This document shows, piece after piece, positions 48,147 through 57,458 of a DNA stretch of 64,000 nt. The position numbers and the translations under genes were made by a program. A model generated the notes under the pieces. That model did no database searches and was not told the origin of the DNA. It saw only the letters and a program-made list of their open reading frames with translations. Numbering within the stretch: the first letter of the stretch is position 1; the number at the start of each line of letters is the position of its first letter. Location of the stretch: IMG/VR virus record IMGVR_UViG_3300049215_000529, positions 124,001-188,000 of that record; one strand, given 5' to 3'.

Positions 48147-49160
48147 TCAGAACTTGGAAACAAAATACTTTATTATATGGTAGTGGTCCTCGAAAAATTC
48201 ATTCTCCATCGAATGAAATTCGCCCAAAGGTAACCAAAACGCTCTCTCTGCATCGTCAGCTCCTTTTACTTGAGGGAGTGGACCTATCCCCAAATCAATT
48301 AGGTATGCATTAGTAATAGTACGACCGCGAGCAGAACGCAAGGGGTCATCAAATACTTTAAAGTCGGCTATCGATTTTTTTAAATCTGGAGTATTAATTT
48401 TGATACCGGTTTCCTCTTTTAATTCTCTGAGGGCGGCGTCTTGCAATTTCTCTTTTTGATTGACGAAACCACCAGGCAGAGCCAGCAAACCCTTACCAGG
48501 ATTAGACCTTCTAGTCACAATCAATACGTGACCAGACTTCACAACTATTGTATCAACAGTTACAAATATGGGTGGAAATGGGGCTCCTCGCCATTGTTCT
48601 TTGTAATTGTCTATAAAATACTTTTCTTGCTTTATGTTCACGAATTCTTTGGTTTGCTTAAAATTTTCTAAATATTCAGCAACACCATTTGGTACCATTG
48701 TTTTGTAAGATGCGTTATGTGAAAAATATAAATCTCTAACTTGGGTGGCATGAAAATTATATTCTGTCCCGCATTGAATATATTTATATTGGGGAAAAAG
48801 TTTCAAATAATATGATGATTCATCACTTTCGTATCCTATTAGGGATACTTTTTCGGAATAATCCGTGGCTTCACTCACTTTTTGTTGAAGTGTTGATATC
48901 CACAAATTATCATTGTAAGTATAATCCTTCATTGAAATAAATATCACTCTATCTTTTTCTTCCGAAGAGAGACACCGCCTAATCATTTCTTGACGCTCAT
49001 CGCCAGACCACGGATTTCTTATGGTGCGGGGCGAACCACAACTTCCCACCACCACAATCACCTTTTCTGCTATGGTAAGAGCTTTGTCCAAAATAAATTT
49101 GTGAGCTTTCTGAAGGGGAGAAAAACGCCCAATGAATACACAAAAATCAAATTTTTCCAT
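48147..49160 (-). CDS. natV: Bifunctional NMN adenylyltransferase/Nudix ADP-ribose pyrophosphatase (NatV/NadM-Nudix; start MEKFD)
   Basis: GRFSPLQKAH, RNPW, HAT.VR; Nudix PGG.....E....AALRELKEETG, RGRTI, DDA. Confidence 0.92.
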   Translation of the reverse strand: MEKFDFCVFIGRFSPLQKAHKFILDKALTIAEKVIVVVGSCGSPRTIRNPWSGDERQEMIRRCLSSEEKDRVIFISMKDYTYNDNLWISTLQQKVSEATDYSEKVSLIGYESDESSYYLKLFPQYKYIQCGTEYNFHATQVRDLYFSHNASYKTMVPNGVAEYLENFKQTKEFVNIKQEKYFIDNYKEQWRGAPFPPIFVTVDTIVVKSGHVLIVTRRSNPGKGLLALPGGFVNQKEKLQDAALRELKEETGIKINTPDLKKSIADFKVFDDPLRSARGRTITNAYLIDLGIGPLPQVKGADDAERAFWLPLGEFHSMENEFFEDHYHIIKYFVSKF

Positions 49161-49187
49161 ATTAACCTCGCTCTTCTTTAGAGCATG

Positions 49188-49212
49188 CATTCGTCCTCTC
49201 AATGAGAACTTG
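49188..49212 (-). promoter_or_regulatory. Conserved dyad/hairpin upstream of natV
   Basis: CAAGTTCTC-ATTGA-GAGGACGAATG. Confidence 0.65.
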
Positions 49213-49215
49213 CAT

Positions 49216-49980
49216 TCAAACATATATCACGATATTAGTAGCACAATTGGTTTGAAATTTAATAAGTTGGTCTATCCATTTTACCCACGCCGAATATGAC
49301 ATATCTAATTTGGCACGATTACAGACCCAGCAACAAGTTACACAATTCTGTATGGTATAATCGCTATTGCTATCCAACCTATCTATGCCATTATAATTAA
49401 ATATGATTGTGTTATCGGTTCTTTTAATAACTACAGTTTTATTGGGAGATACGCCACAATAATGGCAATCTTTAGATATTAGAGATGAGAATTCATCATA
49501 CGATAATTTCCACTCAATATTTCTGCGCTTAGCATTTCTTTTATATGAATTCAAAATTCTTTTGGTTGCTCTATCATCTTCTGATAATAAACCAATTGTT
49601 GAGTTTTTATTTTGAGCACGCTTGCATCCGCAACTTTTTGATGCACCAGCGATTAAGTTTTTCGAAGGAATATAACAAATTGTTCCACAAATACATTTGC
49701 ATTCCCATATAATTGAGCCATTATTCGATCTTTCATCAGTGATTTTCAATACTGACAAAAATCCAAATCTCATTCCCAAAAGACATGAATAATCTGCAAA
49801 ACATACTCTTTTTCCACAAGAGCGGGAGCGACCTGTTACCAAGTCGGCTGTTCTAATTGATTTTTCAAAACCACAAATACATCTAACTAAGGTGCGAGAT
49901 TTTGGCTTATTTATTTCGATTACTGTCCAAGAACCAAATTGATCATTACAAAAAACATGATATTTAGATTTTAAAGGCAT
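49216..49980 (-). CDS. HNH homing endonuclease with repeated Cys-rich N-terminal modules
   Basis: C.CG...SCG x2; CHYCG...GIDRLDSN..Y...NCVTCC.VCN. Confidence 0.85.
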   Translation of the reverse strand: MPLKSKYHVFCNDQFGSWTVIEINKPKSRTLVRCICGFEKSIRTADLVTGRSRSCGKRVCFADYSCLLGMRFGFLSVLKITDERSNNGSIIWECKCICGTICYIPSKNLIAGASKSCGCKRAQNKNSTIGLLSEDDRATKRILNSYKRNAKRRNIEWKLSYDEFSSLISKDCHYCGVSPNKTVVIKRTDNTIIFNYNGIDRLDSNSDYTIQNCVTCCWVCNRAKLDMSYSAWVKWIDQLIKFQTNCATNIVIYV

Positions 49981-50001
49981 AACTATTCCGATAGAAGTTA
50001 C

Positions 50002-50043
50002 CTCCTCACCGGAGCATAAGTTTTTGTATTTCCTCTCTGGAAA
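50002..50043 (-). promoter_or_regulatory. Tandem pentaloop hairpins (TTTCC-AGAGA-GGAAA; CTCC-GGTGA-GGAG)
   Basis: Intergenic; same arrangement at 50449..50495. Confidence 0.55.
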
Positions 50044-50052
50044 CTTTATAGA

Positions 50053-50082
50053 TTTTGATGAAAGAACTAACCTTCATCAAAA
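50053..50082. repeat. 10-bp inverted repeat
   Basis: TTTTGATGAA...TTCATCAAAA. Confidence 0.8.
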
Positions 50083-50090
50083 TTGACTAA

Positions 50091-50417
50091 TTAATTGGGT
50101 TTTGACTCTGGTGGAGTTTGTGGATTGGAGACATCATCTACATGATTTCCGTCCTCATCCATATGAGCCCCACAATCCTTGCAGGTATGTGGTCTCTTAT
50201 CCCATTCGTCCCAAAACTCATTCTCTGTCCACCCAACAGAAACCAAAAATAATTTCCAGAAAGATATAAACCTGACATCAAACTCATCAGGTGACTCATT
50301 GGGATGGAAAGTATCATGTAGTACATCAAAAAACGCGTCTATGCGCTCAAAATCCATTCTTTCGATGATAGTTAACCCGGTTGATTGTTCGTCCAATACA
50401 ATATTTGCTTTTTTCAT
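50091..50417 (-). CDS. Hypothetical protein
   Basis: GGAG SD; first gene after the 50521 promoter. Confidence 0.65.
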   Translation of the reverse strand: MKKANIVLDEQSTGLTIIERMDFERIDAFFDVLHDTFHPNESPDEFDVRFISFWKLFLVSVGWTENEFWDEWDKRPHTCKDCGAHMDEDGNHVDDVSNPQTPPESKPN

Positions 50418-50448
50418 AGTATACTCCTATAATTTCGGTCTGTTAAAC

Positions 50449-50495
50449 CTCCTCACCGGAGAACTATGTGAAAAATTAAAATCCCTCACTGGGAT
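50449..50495 (-). promoter_or_regulatory. Tandem pentaloop hairpins (ATCCC-AGTGA-GGGAT; CTCC-GGTGA-GGAG)
   Basis: In predicted 5' UTR; ACCTCCTCACCGGAG is identical to 50000..50014. Confidence 0.55.
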
Positions 50496-50520
50496 ATAAA
50501 TAATGATTCACTCAAATTGA

Positions 50521-50548
50521 AATATAACCATGCACTGCGTGATGTCAA
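50521..50548 (-). promoter_or_regulatory. sigma70-like promoter TTGACA-N16-TATATT heading the NAD-salvage run
   Basis: Motif directly after a terminator-like hairpin. Confidence 0.6.
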
Positions 50549-50566
50549 ACCAACCGTTATTTTTAA

Positions 50567-50604
50567 ATAAAACGAGCAGCCTTGGACCATTCCAGACTGC
50601 CCGC
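50567..50604 (-). terminator. Probable intrinsic terminator
   Basis: GCGGGCAGTC...GGCTGCTCGT followed by TTTATTT. Confidence 0.55.
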
Positions 50605-50631
50605 TTCACTTTGAACGTCATGTCGCGTTGC

Positions 50632-51594
50632 TCAAATCCTACTGTACATTGGTTCAGCCTGCTCTCGTGGGAAAGCTCGACTAAAAGAACCAATTCTTGG
50701 AGTATTACCCAAGCTCATAATGTGTTGTTTCTTGTCGCCAGGAAAACCGGAAGCATGAGGGGCTGGAACATTGCGTTCCTTCAACTTGGCAACCAAATCG
50801 TCCCACCACATGTAACGGACTCTAACAGTTTCAGATAGAGTTGGCTTAATCAAACCTGTTACATAAGTAATCTTTTGATCAACATGTTCTCCTGCACCAA
50901 CTGCAGCTAAACTCTCTAGTTCTTTAGGAGGAGAAGCATCGCATGTATAAATTCCACTAGCATCACCAATATTTATACTATTGGAAACAACTGAATCAAA
51001 AGATTGACTGTTTCTTAATACATTGGAAGAATTGAAAGTTGCATTGCCTGAACCAAGTCCACCAGTATTGCCGCCGATGGTATTGTACCAAATGACAGGA
51101 TAATAAAATGGATTACTATAATGCTTAGGATAGTGATGATGGTGATGCTCTTCAGTAACAATAACAGGAGGGCTCAATCTAACTGGTTCCACATGACCTT
51201 CTGTAAAAACGGCTGCAGCGATAATTCCTCTGCTAGATAGATCGCCATGAGTATGAACGGCTACACTATTGTTCGCACTAGTAAATATTAATTGCGCACC
51301 GCCATTACTGGTTTCTGGCCAAGCTTTTATATTTAAGGTGCCATATCCATTTACAACCCACATATCATCGGAGACTTTTGTATCAGCCTTATCTCCAGTA
51401 AGAATGTCAGTTCCATCAATAGATAATTTTACTTGAACTTTCTGCCAAGAATGATTTTTGAATACAATTTCAAATGGTTCATCTCCCCAAGCTCCAACAG
51501 TATTGATGCCATCTACGTAATATTGACGGAGGCTCTTCTTATCGAACTTTGGGTGGTGTGAAATGATTTCTAGTGTGTAATTTGGGTTAGACAT
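50632..51594 (-). CDS. Hypothetical protein (320 aa)
   Basis: Long ORF; VDG.D.L.G segment and His run. Confidence 0.7.
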   Translation of the reverse strand: MSNPNYTLEIISHHPKFDKKSLRQYYVDGINTVGAWGDEPFEIVFKNHSWQKVQVKLSIDGTDILTGDKADTKVSDDMWVVNGYGTLNIKAWPETSNGGAQLIFTSANNSVAVHTHGDLSSRGIIAAAVFTEGHVEPVRLSPPVIVTEEHHHHHYPKHYSNPFYYPVIWYNTIGGNTGGLGSGNATFNSSNVLRNSQSFDSVVSNSINIGDASGIYTCDASPPKELESLAAVGAGEHVDQKITYVTGLIKPTLSETVRVRYMWWDDLVAKLKERNVPAPHASGFPGDKKQHIMSLGNTPRIGSFSRAFPREQAEPMYSRI

Positions 51595-51677
51595 AATATC
51601 TCCTGTGTTAGTTAACCTTCAACACCGTATATATCATATCTTTCATAGAAATTATCACTTTTTATCATTAATTTCAG

Positions 51678-52970
51678 TTAGCAACCCATTTCGAACAATA
51701 AAATGTAACGTGAAGCGATATTTTCCCAAGTATTTTCATTTAGGTAATCAATTTGTTTCTTAACTTGAGCTTCACGAGCGGCAGGGTTAGTAAACAGTTG
51801 TTCTAGTGCTTTAGCAATATCTTCAGAGGTATCAGCCTTAATCGTGGGCAAATCTGAGAAGTGATTGACTGAAGATGTAACTACAGGCAATGCCTTTGAC
51901 ATTGCAATTCTTGCTGCGCCGGATGCGCCATATACTTCATGGGCAGGATGAGATACATAAGGAAATAAAGTTGCCTGATTCGTTCTCATATAGCTATCTA
52001 AAGTTTCATCTGACTGAAAACCACGAATCAGCGCCACATTTTCTTGGATATCAAGCTGTTCTATTAGGTCAGTTAGCTCATGGTAATAAACATCATGCTC
52101 TGTCTTGCTTTGTGCTGACTCGGAAAATAATCCAGTGAAGAAGACATCTGGAAACTTTTTCTTAAGTTCTGCAGTCGCCCGAATTGAATTTTCCCATCCT
52201 TTATATCTAAATCCAAATCCAAACTGCATAAAAGTTCGCTCTGACTTATACATGTTCCAAAGTCGTTCTTTGCTAGTACAAGGGAAACAACCATGAGGTA
52301 TTACATATACTTTGCCAGGAACTTTCTTTTCATTCTTTAAAACTTCATAACCGCCCTGTAAGTGCACCACGATCTCTGGTATAGCAGCTTCACAAATCGT
52401 TTTGTCTTTGTGATGAAAGACTGAGTGCATAGTAACGATGACCCTATAATCTGATAGCTGACTCATCAAAGATAGCCAATGGCGAGCATCAGGAAATAAT
52501 CCAAACTCATGCTGAATCCACACGATATCCGGATCATATTCCTTAATAGCTTTAGCCAAATCAGATGTTGGTTGTCCGCGCTTCCAGCAAACTTTAACTT
52601 TGTCATCTGGAATTATTTGCCCACCAATCTCATTTAGATTTCCAATAACCGAATTATCTTCGATGAATAATTTAAAATCTCCCACATGCTTTACGACTTC
52701 TGGCCATAAATTTTGGGAGTAAGTGGCAATTCCACATTGCATTTTCCAATTTCCAACCAAAGCCACTTTCAAATCTTTAGCTGACTTTTTGATATGCTTG
52801 TATTTAATTTTGCCGTTGCAAACGACGCAAGAAGTAATGAGTTCTGTAGGTGAGACATGTGAAAGCTCGGGCGGGATTTCAATTATCTCCAAGCCCTCAT
52901 TGCTAAAACTTTTGTCTGACACCACACATATGCGGTTGTGCCTAACTCCAACAAATCTCGCCATATCCAC
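51678..52970 (-). CDS. GT-B glycosyltransferase (GT4-like)
   Basis: CGIATYS, QHEFG, IPHG, YKG.E, LFPY, SGAA. Confidence 0.85.
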   Translation of the reverse strand: MDMARFVGVRHNRICVVSDKSFSNEGLEIIEIPPELSHVSPTELITSCVVCNGKIKYKHIKKSAKDLKVALVGNWKMQCGIATYSQNLWPEVVKHVGDFKLFIEDNSVIGNLNEIGGQIIPDDKVKVCWKRGQPTSDLAKAIKEYDPDIVWIQHEFGLFPDARHWLSLMSQLSDYRVIVTMHSVFHHKDKTICEAAIPEIVVHLQGGYEVLKNEKKVPGKVYVIPHGCFPCTSKERLWNMYKSERTFMQFGFGFRYKGWENSIRATAELKKKFPDVFFTGLFSESAQSKTEHDVYYHELTDLIEQLDIQENVALIRGFQSDETLDSYMRTNQATLFPYVSHPAHEVYGASGAARIAMSKALPVVTSSVNHFSDLPTIKADTSEDIAKALEQLFTNPAAREAQVKKQIDYLNENTWENIASRYILLFEMGC

Positions 52971-52976
52971 CAGCCA

Positions 52977-53942
52977 TTAGGTAAGACTTAACACATCTTT
53001 ACTTAATGCCTCAAATATAGTGGATTCTGTTGGAAAACTATTTTGAAATTTCATTTTCATTGATTGCTCGAAAGAGTCAATCAATTTTCTCTTGGAACTA
53101 TTATAGTAGTTTATGAAAACTCCATCGTTTGGCTGTACAAACCTGAGCTTATCATGATGGTGAATAGCTAGGTATGGAGTTCTGGTCATTTCAGATAGTA
53201 TGATACCGTGAAATCTTTGTGTAATAACTGTTTCATATTTGGAAACAAGAGCGGTGACTGACCTGATACCTACTGGTAAACCATTTAAGATAAAGGTCTT
53301 GTCGCCCTTATCCATTGAACTAAGAAGCTCAGCTATTGCCCAATCATCATTATCTTTGTTACCTTGACACATAGACAAAAAGTTAATGCGATAACCTTCA
53401 GTAACAAGATAATCTAAAAACTGACTAAATTCCGACTTGAAGTAGGTCCAAGCCGCATGTTTCCAGTGCGGTTCAGAATTTTTCGGTACCACAGCAATAT
53501 TAGGCATTATCAAAACTGATTTATTAAATTTTGACAATTTAACCACTTTGGATTGAAGGGAATAAACTAAATCAGGAATCCATCTAGTATTAGGATTTAT
53601 TTCCTTTAACCTATCAACTTGATCAGGAGAACGTGTAGCTATTAGTTTTGCCGCCCTCATTAGGTCAAGATGAGTTGGATGAATGTCAATCTCGACACCA
53701 ACACCAATGTAAAATATTTTTTTAGATTTCAATAGCTGCAATACTTCGGCAGGAATATTTGGCGGGCTGTAAAGAAAAGAGCCGCCTCCAAAGAAGACGG
53801 CATCAATATTTTCTAATTTTTTAGTAGTAATGGCGTCACAAAAAACAAACTGACAGTTGGGAAATAGTTGTTGAAATGCTTCAACAAACAAATCATCACC
53901 AATGTTTGATTGGTTATACCAACCATATACTAAAACTTTCAT
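52977..53942 (-). CDS. Polysaccharide pyruvyltransferase-family protein
   Basis: NIGDDL, GGGSF, GVG, RS, PDLVY, RFHG. Confidence 0.85.
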   Translation of the reverse strand: MKVLVYGWYNQSNIGDDLFVEAFQQLFPNCQFVFCDAITTKKLENIDAVFFGGGSFLYSPPNIPAEVLQLLKSKKIFYIGVGVEIDIHPTHLDLMRAAKLIATRSPDQVDRLKEINPNTRWIPDLVYSLQSKVVKLSKFNKSVLIMPNIAVVPKNSEPHWKHAAWTYFKSEFSQFLDYLVTEGYRINFLSMCQGNKDNDDWAIAELLSSMDKGDKTFILNGLPVGIRSVTALVSKYETVITQRFHGIILSEMTRTPYLAIHHHDKLRFVQPNDGVFINYYNSSKRKLIDSFEQSMKMKFQNSFPTESTIFEALSKDVLSLT

Positions 53943-53947
53943 TTAAC

Positions 53948-54226
53948 TTAATAGATTACAAACCAGTCAATCTCTCTCACACCAAATACTTCCCATTCTA
54001 TATATAAGAAGAATTGGCGATCATGATGGTGATGAATAACTTTTCTGTGTTCATGTTGGTCTTCATCCACATGAATAATTTCCCAATCTAAATGATCGTG
54101 GTGATGTGGATTGCAAGGATGAGGTTCTTTTTCATGTCTGAAACGAACACTTACCTCTCTTGGTCTGCCAGATAGGAGAATTCTTGTTGAATTTTCTCCA
54201 GTTACAGTTAAAGCGCCTGAATGCAT
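53948..54226 (-). CDS. Small beta-rich protein, paralogue of 54239..54472
   Basis: M.SG.L.VTG, PCNP.H.D.L, W.V.GVREI.W shared. Confidence 0.7.
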   Translation of the reverse strand: MHSGALTVTGENSTRILLSGRPREVSVRFRHEKEPHPCNPHHHDHLDWEIIHVDEDQHEHRKVIHHHHDRQFFLYIEWEVFGVREIDWFVIY

Positions 54227-54238
54227 GTGCTTATCCTT

Positions 54239-54472
54239 TTAGTAGGCAACATGCCATTTAACTTCACGAACACCAGTTACATTCCAAGTAACAACTAAGA
54301 CTACACCAGTTGCAGTGGTTTGTACCTCATATTCCAAAGTGTCTACATGCTGAGGGTTGCAGGGTACCAGCTCAAGGTCATTTATGAATTTAACTTTGAC
54401 TTCTCCTGGGAAGTTGCGCAATTGAATTATTGCTTCACCTGCGCCTGTCACAATTAGTTCACCTGATTGCAT
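54239..54472 (-). CDS. Small beta-rich protein, paralogue of 53948..54226
   Basis: Shared motifs as above. Confidence 0.7.
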   Translation of the reverse strand: MQSGELIVTGAGEAIIQLRNFPGEVKVKFINDLELVPCNPQHVDTLEYEVQTTATGVVLVVTWNVTGVREVKWHVAY

Positions 54473-54498
54473 AGTATCTCCTATGCCCTAATGTCTAA

Positions 54499-55116
54499 TT
54501 ATTCCAGCATTGCATACAGTTTTTCATTGCCATTGCAATATGTTTTTAATTTTTGTAACCATGCTTGCGATTTTATCTTAAACATTACGGGCATACGAGC
54601 TTTACTGTCGGACGCACCCTTACAAACTACACCCTCAAAAGTCATGCCGGGCAAGGTGGATTGCTTGACCTCATCAAACAATTCTGTATTAACTTTCCCC
54701 TCATATAGTACCTTTGGGGTGTCTAGGTGTCCAAAGTATTTAATAAATTCTTTGGGCTCCAGGATGCCCTGTTTATAGGGGTTCACGTCGATCAGCGTTA
54801 CAGTCAAGTTCTCTTGGAAGTTATGGTTGCCTGCAAACGAACTTGGTCCCCACAACTCAAAGAAGCAAATGACGTCACGCCACCTTTGCTCTTTGAATAC
54901 CATTTCCAGATCAGCCGCATATTTGTCCCTCAACAAATTAATCGCGCACCCAAATGGTTTATTGGTTTCATCGATTAATTGGTTCTTGGTTCCGAACTTA
55001 TAGAAGCCCCTTTTGGCGTTCCACTCGGCACGGATGTTTGACCCATCTAGCTTGTCAAAAGCATAAATGTAAACTCCGTGTCTAACTTCTTTTGTAATTG
55101 ATGGATATGATTTCAT
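54499..55116 (-). CDS. ATP-dependent RNA ligase-like nucleotidyltransferase (Rnl2-like)
   Basis: Motif I KLDGSN, FFELWG, EGVVCK, FKIK. Confidence 0.75.
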   Translation of the reverse strand: MKSYPSITKEVRHGVYIYAFDKLDGSNIRAEWNAKRGFYKFGTKNQLIDETNKPFGCAINLLRDKYAADLEMVFKEQRWRDVICFFELWGPSSFAGNHNFQENLTVTLIDVNPYKQGILEPKEFIKYFGHLDTPKVLYEGKVNTELFDEVKQSTLPGMTFEGVVCKGASDSKARMPVMFKIKSQAWLQKLKTYCNGNEKLYAMLE

Positions 55117-55424
55117 ATAAATGTTTTTAATGTATTAGAAATAAATGGAACTAATCGGGCATTGATTGCCAGTTCTCGGTAAGCTTTGTGTTCTTCGCAG
55201 CAGCATTCTTCACTAAACAGACGCTCTTCACTATAGAGTACAGTGTATTTGGCGTCATTGGGGCAATCTTTACTGGTATTACATTTTTTTATTTAAAAAG
55301 GCTTGGTGAGCCCCACCATTAGCTACCCATTGATTAAATTCATAGGCGCGGGCGTCACGCTCCCAACTATCTTCTTTTAAAATGCCGCCACCCATATTTA
55401 CCTGAAAAATGTCTGGTTTTATTT

Positions 55425-55883
55425 TACATTGATAGAATATCGAAACAGATTATACAGAGCCTAAACGCTGGCGACACTATTGTTTTGGAAGACCTTACTG
55501 GTATTCGCAATAGGCGCCTACATAAACCACAACGCACTCTCATCAATAGCTGGTCATACTTCCAGCTTGGTCAATTCTTGACCTATAAGGCAATGATGAA
55601 AGGTATCAGTATCGAATACATCGATGCTCGTTATACCAGCCAAAGATGTAGTGAGTGCGGTTGTATATGTCGAAGCAATCGCAAGCAGCACTCTTTCGAG
55701 TGCAAGCAATGTGGATTTAGGCTCAATTCAGACTTGAATGCAAGTAGAAATATTTGCAACAAGCATCTTGAAAGCTATAAGCTTTCGGATCGGGCTGATG
55801 TCAATCAGCCTAACGGCAGCAATGCCAATGTAGGAGCAGCAATGCTACTTACAAGCCACCAGCCTCGTGCTGGTGGTAATTGA
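55425..55883 (+). pseudogene. tnpB: IS200/IS605 TnpB C-terminal remnant
   Basis: LEDL, W.Y.QL...L.YKA, YTSQRCSECG, FECKQCG, DLNAS.NI; N-terminal region absent. Confidence 0.85.
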
Positions 55884-55884
55884 C
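55852..55884 (+). mobile_element. IS200/IS605-type right end
   Basis: CAAGCCACCAGC-N5-GCTGGTGG-TAATTGAC hairpin at the tnpB end. Confidence 0.65.
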
Positions 55885-55892
55885 AGGAAATA

Positions 55893-55929
55893 CAAAAGCC
55901 GCCTCATCATTACAATGGGCGGCTAAAAA
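55893..55929. terminator. Bidirectional terminator after groES
   Basis: AAAAGCCGCC...GGCGGCTAAAAA. Confidence 0.7.
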
Positions 55930-55948
55930 TTGTTTGAGTTTAATTTTT

Positions 55949-56236
55949 TCAGTCTCTGAGAACGCAGGTAACGTTGTCTTCTCTTAAGACGAAGACAGTT
56001 TCTCCGCCATGAGAAACTTCAGTAGCCATATTCTTGTTAAACTTTACTTCATCGCCAACAACAACATCTAATGGTATAATCGCGCCCTGTTGTGTAACAC
56101 GACCAGAGCCAACTCTAACTACCTTACCAGTAACTAGCTTCTCTTCGATAGTATCTGGTCTAATAATAAGTCCCTCTTGCTTCTTAGCAGTGACAACAGT
56201 AACAACAATTTGATCTCTAATTGGATGAACGCTCAT
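55949..56236 (-). CDS. groES: Co-chaperonin GroES (start MSVHP)
   Basis: P..D..VV, GLII.PD, G.VV.VG.G, VGD.V, LRED. Confidence 0.88.
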   Translation of the reverse strand: MSVHPIRDQIVVTVVTAKKQEGLIIRPDTIEEKLVTGKVVRVGSGRVTQQGAIIPLDVVVGDEVKFNKNMATEVSHGGETVFVLREDNVTCVLRD

Positions 56237-56260
56237 GTGTAATCTCCTACACAAAATATA

Positions 56261-56779
56261 TCAGCCACAATCAGATTCTATTATTCTAATCAATTGCTCG
56301 AAACAAAATTTGATGCGACGACGCTCACACATTTCAGTAAAATTAATATCAAACTGATAAATACTCATATAATCGGCAAATGTCATGGGTCTAATTTTTA
56401 GAACTTGGCACGCCTGCTGAATGATGGTATTGGGGACCGCAATGTCGGTTTTAAGACATTCCTCTTTGGCTATATTCAATACTTTGATTCTAAGATTGTT
56501 GTAATATAATTTTTTATATTTTTCAATCTTATCTTCCGAGAAATTAAATTGCTTACAATAATCAAAGAAAGGTTTATTTCCCCTCTTATTATTACAATAA
56601 GAGCATGATACGGTTAGATTTGTACTATTGAATGTACCCTTCTTACTGTCTGGAACAATATGTTCCATGGTAACAGTTTCGTCTGTTAATACTTTATCAC
56701 AGTAGCAACAAATCATCCCATCACGATCAATAACATGTTCTTTAATTCTTTTTTGTCGTTTTCTTTCTTGTGCGCCCAT
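56261..56779 (-). CDS. HNH-domain protein
   Basis: RDG..CCYC, TMEHIVP.S.KG, NL.VSC..CN..RG. Confidence 0.8.
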   Translation of the reverse strand: MGAQERKRQKRIKEHVIDRDGMICCYCDKVLTDETVTMEHIVPDSKKGTFNSTNLTVSCSYCNNKRGNKPFFDYCKQFNFSEDKIEKYKKLYYNNLRIKVLNIAKEECLKTDIAVPNTIIQQACQVLKIRPMTFADYMSIYQFDINFTEMCERRRIKFCFEQLIRIIESDCG

Positions 56780-56780
56780 A

Positions 56781-57458
56781 TTAACTCTTTACTAGTAAGT
56801 GAGAACAGTCATTAATACTAATCAGTCTCCAACCTTCTTTTCCAAAAGAAAGCTTTGATACTGAAGTATTGTCTATAGTTACCTTCCAAGTAAAATTTCT
56901 TTCAAAACCCATTACATAATGTAATAGGCACTTTATAGTCATGCCATGACTGAAGCAAGCAATGTTGAGTGGAGGGTGTTCGTTCTCTTTTTTCCAGGCA
57001 GAAAGCTCTGCCATTTCTTTATTGTATAAAATTGTTTCTTCCAACCATCTAGAAGCTCGACGCTCTACCTGAGTCATTGATTCACCACTGGGTGGCAAGA
57101 ATCCATGATGAAGGTAGCCCATTCTTAACTTCATTTGGTCATTAAGTGTTTCTTTTCTGCTGGCATTAGTCCAATCGCCCGCGTCATATTCTCGCAGCGG
57201 CTCAGCCAAAATAATTTCTTGGGACGACTCTCCGCGAACAATCTGTGCAGTATTGAGTGCGCGAGTGTAATCAGAAGAATATATTTTATCGAAATAATTT
57301 CCATCCAGCACAAACTTATTATGTAATGCTCTTGCTTGCCGCCTACCTACATCGGTTAACTGGACATCTGCCCGTTGCCCCATAATATCTGGCTTGATGT
57401 TAATCTCAGATTGTCCGTGTCGAATAAGGCTAAGCGTAAATTGAATGTCAGCGAGCAT
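56781..57458 (-). CDS. Histidine phosphatase (PGM superfamily)
   Basis: RHGQS.xN, SSD..RA, LRE, GES, SHG, NTS. Confidence 0.9.
   Translation of the reverse strand: MLADIQFTLSLIRHGQSEINIKPDIMGQRADVQLTDVGRRQARALHNKFVLDGNYFDKIYSSDYTRALNTAQIVRGESSQEIILAEPLREYDAGDWTNASRKETLNDQMKLRMGYLHHGFLPPSGESMTQVERRASRWLEETILYNKEMAELSAWKKENEHPPLNIACFSHGMTIKCLLHYVMGFERNFTWKVTIDNTSVSKLSFGKEGWRLISINDCSHLLVKS

Noticed and set aside
55110-55292. Cys-rich minus-strand frame KKCNTSKDC...CCCEEH
   Set aside because: No ATG/GTG/TTG start before an in-frame stop; possibly a decayed gene but not supportable.
55297-55325. Resemblance to a 16S rRNA segment (GGTGGGGCTCACCAAG on the minus strand)
   Set aside because: Short, gapped and without flanking rRNA similarity; probably chance.
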